Shown: piece after piece, positions 57,874 through 64,000 of the stretch
Position numbering within the stretch: the first letter of the stretch is position 1
Layout of the letters: every line of letters begins with the position of its first letter
Virus record (IMG/VR): IMGVR_UViG_3300037245_003208
Direction: 5' to 3' (one strand)
From: an uncultured virus (IMG/VR IMGVR_UViG_3300037245_003208)
Lineage: Duplodnaviria; Heunggongvirae; Uroviricota; Caudoviricetes
Length of the DNA: 64,000 nt
Translations under genes and position numbers: made by a program
The notes under the pieces: generated by a model
Told to the model about the DNA's origin: nothing
Seen by the model: the letters and a program-made list of their open reading frames with translations, nothing else
Databases searched by the model: none

Positions 57874-57891
57874 AGTTTCTAAAGGAGAAAT

Positions 57892-58257
57892 ATGAAACAT
57901 AAAATTTTTGAAGGGTTCGCAGTAGAAAAACTATATGACCGTTATTTAAATTACCACGAGGCAATGGTGCTGCGATGGTTGATAACAAAACAAATGGCTG
58001 AAGAAAACAAAAAAATAACAGATCGCACAGAACACTTTCCATTCCTAAAATTTAAATATACGGAAATATGCAGAGAATTCCCCCTCCTCCATATAAGGCA
58101 AATAGGGCGGGAAGATGGTGCATACAATAGAAAAATAAACAAAATCTTAAAATCATTAGAAGATGCGCAAGTAATAAACGCAATTAACTTCAAGGGCAGT
58201 AAAGGAACACATGTGTATATAGGTGTGGATATAGAAGCATGCAAAGACCTTGAATAA
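57892..58257 (+). CDS. Winged-helix protein, paralog of the initiator N-domain
   Basis: EGFAVEKL...LNYHEAMVLRWL...KYTEI..FPLL. Confidence 0.7.
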   Translation: MKHKIFEGFAVEKLYDRYLNYHEAMVLRWLITKQMAEENKKITDRTEHFPFLKFKYTEICREFPLLHIRQIGREDGAYNRKINKILKSLEDAQVINAINFKGSKGTHVYIGVDIEACKDLE

Positions 58258-58283
58258 GCACTTATAAATAGGAGATTAATAAT

Positions 58284-58637
58284 ATGTTACATGATGTATT
58301 TGGTTACTCACAACCAGAACTGCTGGCGTTAAATATAAATCTTAAAGCAGCAAGTCTTTTAAGATGCATAGTAAACACACTCCCATCCACGGATGTTGAA
58401 ATAAGAAAAGGAGTGTTTGAATTTTGTGAAGTTGTTAATTATGAAGAAATACTTGAAGCTATTCCCGTTACTTTTATAAAGTCCAAACCTGTAACAGAAG
58501 AACAGGCATATAAAGAAGTGGCTGAACTATTAAAAAATTTAGAAGACAGTAAAGCTATAACCATTATTAAAATTACCTCAACATGTGCAACGATTCAAAT
58601 AAACTGCGATACTCATACACAATTAACAGGAATATAA
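58284..58637 (+). CDS. Winged-helix protein, paralog of the initiator N-domain
   Basis: FGYSQPELLALNINLKAASLLR...NYEEILEAIP. Confidence 0.7.
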   Translation: MLHDVFGYSQPELLALNINLKAASLLRCIVNTLPSTDVEIRKGVFEFCEVVNYEEILEAIPVTFIKSKPVTEEQAYKEVAELLKNLEDSKAITIIKITSTCATIQINCDTHTQLTGI

Positions 58638-58647
58638 GGTGTAAACT

Positions 58648-60204
58648 ATGGATAGTAGAAGAATACGCTTCACGCATCAGCAATTACACGACCATGGATT
58701 ACTTATGTGGGATGGCATTGTTTTAAACTGGATTTTGGACTTCGCACAATCAAAATACAAAAAGAAAACTTGCAAAGATGAGGAAGGCAGGAAATATATA
58801 TGGATATTCTACACCCTTGTAGCAGAGCAATTGTTCATAATGCATGACGAATATAAAGTCCAAACCCGCGCAGCACGAAAAAAACGAGTTAGAATAATAA
58901 TGGACAGATTAACTGACAGTGGGGCACTTTTAAAATGGGTAAAAAAAGATAGAAACGGAACACACACATTCTTCCACATCAACACCAAAATGTGCAATGA
59001 TTTACAAAAAATAAAGAAAAGTGATCAGACTCAATCATATGATAAATGTCCTATGGAGGAGGCAAAGAAAAGAGATCAACAGCGACCCTATAGGGTCAGT
59101 GGGGTCGACCAAATAAGGTCAGCCATAGACTTAAATACAAATACACTATTACTTAATAACTCTAAAGAGTTATTTAACGGCCTCCAATCTTCTGACGAAG
59201 ATTATGAGGATTCTAAAAAACAGAATCCTCTTGTAAAAACTTTAAATTCTTCACAAGGGAAAAATACTAAACACAAACATAAATCCTTGTCTAAAGAAAT
59301 TCCCCTCACCCTTGTCAGAAATAAAATTAAACGCCGTGCCCGTCCCATTGTTAAAAACTCACCCATACGGGAGACTTTAAAATCAAAACCAATGACCCTT
59401 AGACCTTGCTCATTGAATTCTACTGCTCCCACTAATACAAACACCTTGACCTCTGAAAAAAGTCTGCGTGAGGACGCATATAGTCGTCTTGGGGGGAAAT
59501 CATATTCTGAAGCCTATGCAATCGTAAAACCTTACATTGATTATTGGATTAGTAAGGGACTTCCAAAATTAAAAGGACTTCCAGGCGGTACTAAAACATA
59601 TCAGAAAGTCATAGGCGCTTTACTAAAACTAATCAATGGAACAATGTTTAACGGTTTGGTGGAATATGAACATGTAAAAAATACCAAATTGGATTTCAAG
59701 GACTGGGTGATTGCTGTTGATAACTGGTATAAAATTGTGACAAGTATTAAATATGAGCCTGTAAATAAATCCAAAATAAAACGAATAAATATACATAATT
59801 TTATTTTGAGTGACAAGTCAGGATGGTCACAATTTCTTGTATGTATTGCTGGGGATATGAAAAAGGTTAAAACAACTAAAATAGTTCCTTGCATCAATCC
59901 TAAAACTTTAGAATTTTTATCCGAAATGTTTAATAAACCTTTAAGTGAGGTTGAAGTGAATTCAGTATCTCTGTTCATAAATCGTATGGAAGATTGGTAC
60001 AAAGATATGCAATTTGCTTCATTCGTTGATAAGGAGCCAAAGGTAAGGGCAAAGCGTTTATTTGAATCTTTGCAGGAGGGTTGTAAAGGCAATCCAAATT
60101 TTTGTAAATCAGATAATGTGTTTAATGAGTCCGTGAAACATTTCAAGAGTTATGGTATTGTTCATGAGAAAATAGACAAATCTCGTTATGCTCATGGATT
60201 TTAA
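58648..60204 (+). CDS. Putative replication initiator protein
   Basis: N-terminal wHTH (FTHQQL..GL..WDGIVLNWILDF, YIWIFY), a low-complexity linker with palindromes and a C-terminal helical domain; lies upstream of a DnaB-like gene. Confidence 0.65.
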   Translation: MDSRRIRFTHQQLHDHGLLMWDGIVLNWILDFAQSKYKKKTCKDEEGRKYIWIFYTLVAEQLFIMHDEYKVQTRAARKKRVRIIMDRLTDSGALLKWVKKDRNGTHTFFHINTKMCNDLQKIKKSDQTQSYDKCPMEEAKKRDQQRPYRVSGVDQIRSAIDLNTNTLLLNNSKELFNGLQSSDEDYEDSKKQNPLVKTLNSSQGKNTKHKHKSLSKEIPLTLVRNKIKRRARPIVKNSPIRETLKSKPMTLRPCSLNSTAPTNTNTLTSEKSLREDAYSRLGGKSYSEAYAIVKPYIDYWISKGLPKLKGLPGGTKTYQKVIGALLKLINGTMFNGLVEYEHVKNTKLDFKDWVIAVDNWYKIVTSIKYEPVNKSKIKRINIHNFILSDKSGWSQFLVCIAGDMKKVKTTKIVPCINPKTLEFLSEMFNKPLSEVEVNSVSLFINRMEDWYKDMQFASFVDKEPKVRAKRLFESLQEGCKGNPNFCKSDNVFNESVKHFKSYGIVHEKIDKSRYAHGF

Positions 60205-60216
60205 AAGGAGTTAAAA

Positions 60217-60453
60217 ATGTTTATTTTTATATTTGAAATATTAGTACATTCTTTATTTTTAATGTCTGGAGTTGGTTTAATGTTTGTAGGAATTTTAGAT
60301 TTGTGGAATATGCCAACTGCGCTGCTTGCAACACATCCAATAAGTGTTTTACTCGCAGGGGCAGTTTTATGTGGATTATATATTACATTAGTGTCTATTA
60401 GTGGATTCATTAAAACTTTTATAAAACACAATAAAAATTATAAGGAGGAGTGA
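60217..60453 (+). CDS. Two-TM membrane protein
   Basis: Hydrophobic; AAGGAG RBS. Confidence 0.65.
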   Translation: MFIFIFEILVHSLFLMSGVGLMFVGILDLWNMPTALLATHPISVLLAGAVLCGLYITLVSISGFIKTFIKHNKNYKEE

Positions 60454-60665
60454 TGAGCATTGTTAGAGACAATCTAATGACCAAAGAACACTACACCCCT
60501 TATTGTGGAGATAATGCTGGATGTTATTTACCAAGAACATATTTTGATGGTGAGCAATTCGTTTGCGGGCACTGCGGATGGAAGTCTGAGTTCCCGAAGA
60601 ATTTTATTGATAGTTATCGCCTTAAATGGGGAATTGTAAATATGAAATATCGAATTAAAAGGTAA
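60450..60665 (+). CDS. Small Zn-binding protein
   Basis: YTPYCG...C.....F.CGHCGW. Confidence 0.65.
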   Translation: MMSIVRDNLMTKEHYTPYCGDNAGCYLPRTYFDGEQFVCGHCGWKSEFPKNFIDSYRLKWGIVNMKYRIKR

Positions 60666-60672
60666 AAATATT

Positions 60673-60852
60673 ATGCCTCAATGCAAAGATCAAGATAATT
60701 GTGAAAATGTTTTAATTGGTGGTTGTTATAAATGCAAAAGAAATATTAATTTGAAAGATTGTTTTGTAGAAGGTAAACCACAAGTTTGGGTTAATTACGA
60801 ACCTGATGAGCATGGTTGCATTTGTGAAACTAAAAAGGTGAATAAAAAATGA
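60673..60852 (+). CDS. 59-aa Cys-rich protein
   Basis: Hand-translated MPQCKDQDNC...CYKCKR; its stop overlaps the next ATG. Confidence 0.55.
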   Translation: MPQCKDQDNCENVLIGGCYKCKRNINLKDCFVEGKPQVWVNYEPDEHGCICETKKVNKK

Positions 60853-61127
60853 TAATAGGCGTAGCAGTTAAACAAGGATGTGTATTTATCTGTTTGCCAA
60901 AACCCAACAGGCATCATGACTGCATTAATTATGCTGTTGAAGTTCTTGGATTGAAACCGCCCATAGGTGCTTATTTTGATGGGCAGGGATTTTACACAGA
61001 AGAAGGCCATTTTTTAAATAGAATCCAAGCTTACAAACATGCATTAGAAAACAATCAAATTACAAATCGTCAAAAAACTGGAAATGGGTATAACGGTGAC
61101 AGTTTATTCAGTGAGGATTTGTGGTAA
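60849..61127 (+). CDS. Conserved-looking phage protein
   Basis: RHHD..QGF....FLNR..A......Q...LFSEDLW motif. Confidence 0.75.
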   Translation: MIIGVAVKQGCVFICLPKPNRHHDCINYAVEVLGLKPPIGAYFDGQGFYTEEGHFLNRIQAYKHALENNQITNRQKTGNGYNGDSLFSEDLW

Positions 61128-61145
61128 AACAAAAGAGGTGATAAC

Positions 61146-61523
61146 ATGTTTAGAAAATTTTTATGTTTTATAGGATGGCATACATTTAAATGGTCACTAA
61201 AGGAACATGGTATAGATATTCCAAAAGAAGCTAAATGCAAACATTGTCAAATAACTTATGGGAAAATGCAAAATTTAAAATTTGACGGTAGAAATGGAAA
61301 TGGGTATCAACCATTACATGAAGCAAACCCAAACACCTCAACATTCATATTGGATGCGCAGGAGGACAAGCTGTATCACATGTGCATTGATAAAGTACAG
61401 AGCAGGTGTCATTTAGAACACAATGCTGGAAGGATCATCTATCATCTTTGTAAAATCATAAATAGCAGCGATGCGGAAACAAGAACTAATGCACAGAATG
61501 TTGTAAAAAATATAAAAATGTAA
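61146..61523 (+). CDS. Hypothetical protein
   Basis: GAGGTG RBS; C..GWH..CKHC. Confidence 0.6.
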   Translation: MFRKFLCFIGWHTFKWSLKEHGIDIPKEAKCKHCQITYGKMQNLKFDGRNGNGYQPLHEANPNTSTFILDAQEDKLYHMCIDKVQSRCHLEHNAGRIIYHLCKIINSSDAETRTNAQNVVKNIKM

Positions 61524-61532
61524 AAGGGTAAA

Positions 61533-61733
61533 ATGAGCTATATCACTGCAAACATACAAAAAGTGTCAGACAAATTAATCAGTGGAGAGAAATTAAGATT
61601 TGTTGAATGTTATATTCGTTTTGAGGACATTGCAATACCAGGGAAAATCCCAAATCTGATGAAATATTGTAAAGCTGCAGGGGTAGTGGAATTCATTGAT
61701 ATAGGAGATGAGTGGTGGGTTGAGAAAATTTAA
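61533..61733 (+). CDS. Hypothetical protein
   Basis: ORF in operon. Confidence 0.55.
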   Translation: MSYITANIQKVSDKLISGEKLRFVECYIRFEDIAIPGKIPNLMKYCKAAGVVEFIDIGDEWWVEKI

Positions 61734-61750
61734 AAAGGAGATTAATTATA

Positions 61751-62143
61751 ATGATTATAAAAATTGGTGATAGAATGCTTATAACCACTGATGAATTTTT
61801 TACGGCTCCTGACGGCCTTCAATACAAATCAGTAGTAGGTACTGTGAAGGCTATTCACGATGCTGAAAATGTTCTTGGAATAAAAACAAATGAAAAATCA
61901 ACTAACTGGTACATTGAAATAGGAAACATGATTGTAGCAGGTTGCCAAGTACATTATGTTATTAAATCCAATATTGTTAATTGTAACCACGTTAAGGATA
62001 CTTCCTGGGGTAAAGAAGGAGTGCGCGAATTTATACGTCCTTCTATGATTTATGATGCAGATATTTGTTTAGAAACCCCTAAAAAGGAATATGTGATTAG
62101 TAGCGATTTTGGGGATCAGAAAGATATTTTTATTGGTGCGTAA
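61751..62143 (+). CDS. Conserved-looking phage protein
   Basis: ITTDEFFTAPDG.QY...STNWY..IGN..VAGCQVHY. Confidence 0.7.
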   Translation: MIIKIGDRMLITTDEFFTAPDGLQYKSVVGTVKAIHDAENVLGIKTNEKSTNWYIEIGNMIVAGCQVHYVIKSNIVNCNHVKDTSWGKEGVREFIRPSMIYDADICLETPKKEYVISSDFGDQKDIFIGA

Positions 62144-62160
62144 CTAAAAGGAGGATTGAT

Positions 62161-62382
62161 TTGGAACTCACACAGGAAGAAAAAGATGTAATAATTGCGG
62201 GACTTCAGATGCGAATGTGTTACATTGAAACAGGGAATCCGCTGTTACGTGCATGTGATGTAAGAAATGAGAATACTAATAAAGTTTCCAGATTTCAAAA
62301 ACATCAACACATAATGCCTCTGTCTACCCACCAAATGAAAATAATAATAACTTCAGAAGAACTAATTAAAAAACTCTTATGA
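62161..62382 (+). CDS. Hypothetical protein
   Basis: GGAGG RBS, TTG start. Confidence 0.6.
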   Translation: MELTQEEKDVIIAGLQMRMCYIETGNPLLRACDVRNENTNKVSRFQKHQHIMPLSTHQMKIIITSEELIKKLL

Positions 62383-63926
62383 AACTAACAAGACGATCTG
62401 TAAACTCCACAGAAGAGAAACGGCTATTGACAGGTTTAATTGTTTCGCAGGAAGTTTGTGAAGCCGTTATTCCTAAACTTGATTTGGAATATTTTGAAAT
62501 TAAAAGAATCAGAGAAGTTGCAAAATGGGCAATTGTTTATTTCAAGAAATATAATAAACCAGTAAATACAGACATAATGCCTATTTTTAAAAAATTTCAG
62601 CACAGTTTTGAAGCTGCAGAAAAAGAGTCTCTGGAAGATTTGTTACTAAATATTTCTGAAACCTACAAACAGCAAAAAGGTCATTATAATTCTGAATACG
62701 TTGTTGAAGAATCCTTACAATTTATTAAAAAAAGATTCTTGGAAATTAAAGTTGCAAATGCTCAAATTCTTCTTGAGAATGGAAAAATCAATGAAGCAGA
62801 GCAGGAGTTTCAAACTTACGAAAAATTTGAAAAAGAAACATCCGCATGGGAACGTCCATTCTCCATGGAGGCAGTTGACAACACTTTTGCCAGAGAAGAA
62901 GAAAGTGTTTTCACTTTACGGGGTGATATTGGAAGATTTTTAGGCTCTATGAAGACATGCTGGCTTGTGGCAATTCACGGAGCTTATAAATTAGGAAAAA
63001 CAAACGTATTACTGGAATGGTGTTTATATTCTGCAATTGATTTAAAACAACCCACTGTTTTATTTTCCACAGAAATGCAAAAGGAGGATATTTATTCAAG
63101 AATGTACAAACGATTACTGTCTTCCTGTGATGGAACTGACCCATGGGTAAGGTATCCTGTGTTTGATTGTGAACTTAATCAAACAAACGAGTGTCAGCAT
63201 AAAAACAGATCTTGTTTTGTTGCCCCTCCTGATAAACCAACACATATGCCTGGAGAATCTTACCAACCTTGCACATATTGCAGAGATCATAAAGAAGGTG
63301 CATATGTTGAGGAAGGTGTGGAAACTCGTCACTATAAAGAGTATAAAATGAGCACCTGGTTCATTAAAGAAAAACGGCCCATGTTCAATAAAATGAATGT
63401 TAAAGAAAAAGTGAAAGTTGTTGAACGGTTCTATGGTCGTTTATTGTGGGTGAGAACATATTCAAAATACACTGCCAATGTTGAGCAAGAAATAACAAAT
63501 GATTTGAATATGCTGGAAAAACATGAAAATTTCATTCCAACGATTATAGGAATAGATATGGCTGATACTTTATCTCCTGAACCTGATTCATCTTCAGAAG
63601 GAACAAATAAAGAGGACAGAACATGGATAGCATTGGCAGCACTTGCACAAAGCAGGAAAGCACTTGTATTCACACCAACTCAGGTTACTAAATCTGGTCT
63701 TAGTAAGTCCACACAGGGCACAGAGGAAGTTGCCAGATGGTCGGGAAAATTAGGCCATGTTGATATGTATGTGACCTTGAATCAAACGTCTGATGAAAAA
63801 GCAAAAGGAATTATGAGATACGGGTTACTGGAGCACAGACATAAATTTTTCCTACCTGCTGCCACATGTACAGTGCTTAACAATATTGGAGCGGGTCAAG
63901 CTTTTCTTGATTCTTATTTAGATTAA
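62379..63926 (+). CDS. DnaB-like replicative helicase with a Cys-rich insertion
   Basis: Walker A GAYKLGKT, FSTEM, IGIDMAD, TPTQ, HVD and LNQT..EK. Confidence 0.85.
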   Translation: MKLTRRSVNSTEEKRLLTGLIVSQEVCEAVIPKLDLEYFEIKRIREVAKWAIVYFKKYNKPVNTDIMPIFKKFQHSFEAAEKESLEDLLLNISETYKQQKGHYNSEYVVEESLQFIKKRFLEIKVANAQILLENGKINEAEQEFQTYEKFEKETSAWERPFSMEAVDNTFAREEESVFTLRGDIGRFLGSMKTCWLVAIHGAYKLGKTNVLLEWCLYSAIDLKQPTVLFSTEMQKEDIYSRMYKRLLSSCDGTDPWVRYPVFDCELNQTNECQHKNRSCFVAPPDKPTHMPGESYQPCTYCRDHKEGAYVEEGVETRHYKEYKMSTWFIKEKRPMFNKMNVKEKVKVVERFYGRLLWVRTYSKYTANVEQEITNDLNMLEKHENFIPTIIGIDMADTLSPEPDSSSEGTNKEDRTWIALAALAQSRKALVFTPTQVTKSGLSKSTQGTEEVARWSGKLGHVDMYVTLNQTSDEKAKGIMRYGLLEHRHKFFLPAATCTVLNNIGAGQAFLDSYLD

Positions 63927-63945
63927 TAAAAAGGAGTAAAAATAA

Positions 63946-64000
63946 TGGCAAAAAATAAACTACTTAAACATTTTAACTCCAGTGACTCTGATTACTTCAC
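63946..64000 (+). CDS. 5' fragment of the next gene
   Basis: AAAGGAG RBS, then ATG GCA AAA AAT..., open to the window end. Confidence 0.5.

Noticed and set aside
1..64000. Genome-wide stop-codon reassignment
   Set aside because: Long genes are intact under code 11, and TGA/TAG terminate many genes at sensible boundaries; the 17124 TGA is isolated.
1..64000. tRNA genes, integrase, inteins, homing endonucleases
   Set aside because: No recognisable signatures were found by eye; a tRNAscan/HMM search would be needed to exclude them fully.

Overview
A 64-kb segment of a large, AT-rich tailed-phage genome (siphovirus-like). The minus strand (1-32082) carries an almost complete morphogenesis module: terminase, portal, protease/scaffold, decoration protein, lambda-E-type major capsid, neck, tail tube, frameshifted tail chaperone, TP901-type tape measure, lambda M/L/K/J-like tail tip and fibres, with an M15 endolysin embedded in the packaging genes. 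A minus-strand cluster of small accessory genes follows (32086-38753; HTH, radical SAM, nucleotidyltransferase, YopX). The plus strand (43424-64000) carries ParB-like, SF2 helicase, primase, ATP-dependent ligase, three paralogous wHTH/initiator genes and a DnaB-like helicase. The most notable element lies at the divergence point (41098-43600): an ECF-sigma-like gene with a novel C-terminal domain, three tandem AAAC-N18-GCACGTTT elements, and a ~770-nt ORF-free, densely base-paired RNA-like region with a long-range pseudoknot and an internal fourth copy of the element. Other notable items are an in-frame TGA followed by a SECIS-like hairpin in a virion gene and a pseudoknotted terminator leader upstream of the replication-initiator genes. 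All calls were made by eye; no database searches or folding programs were run.
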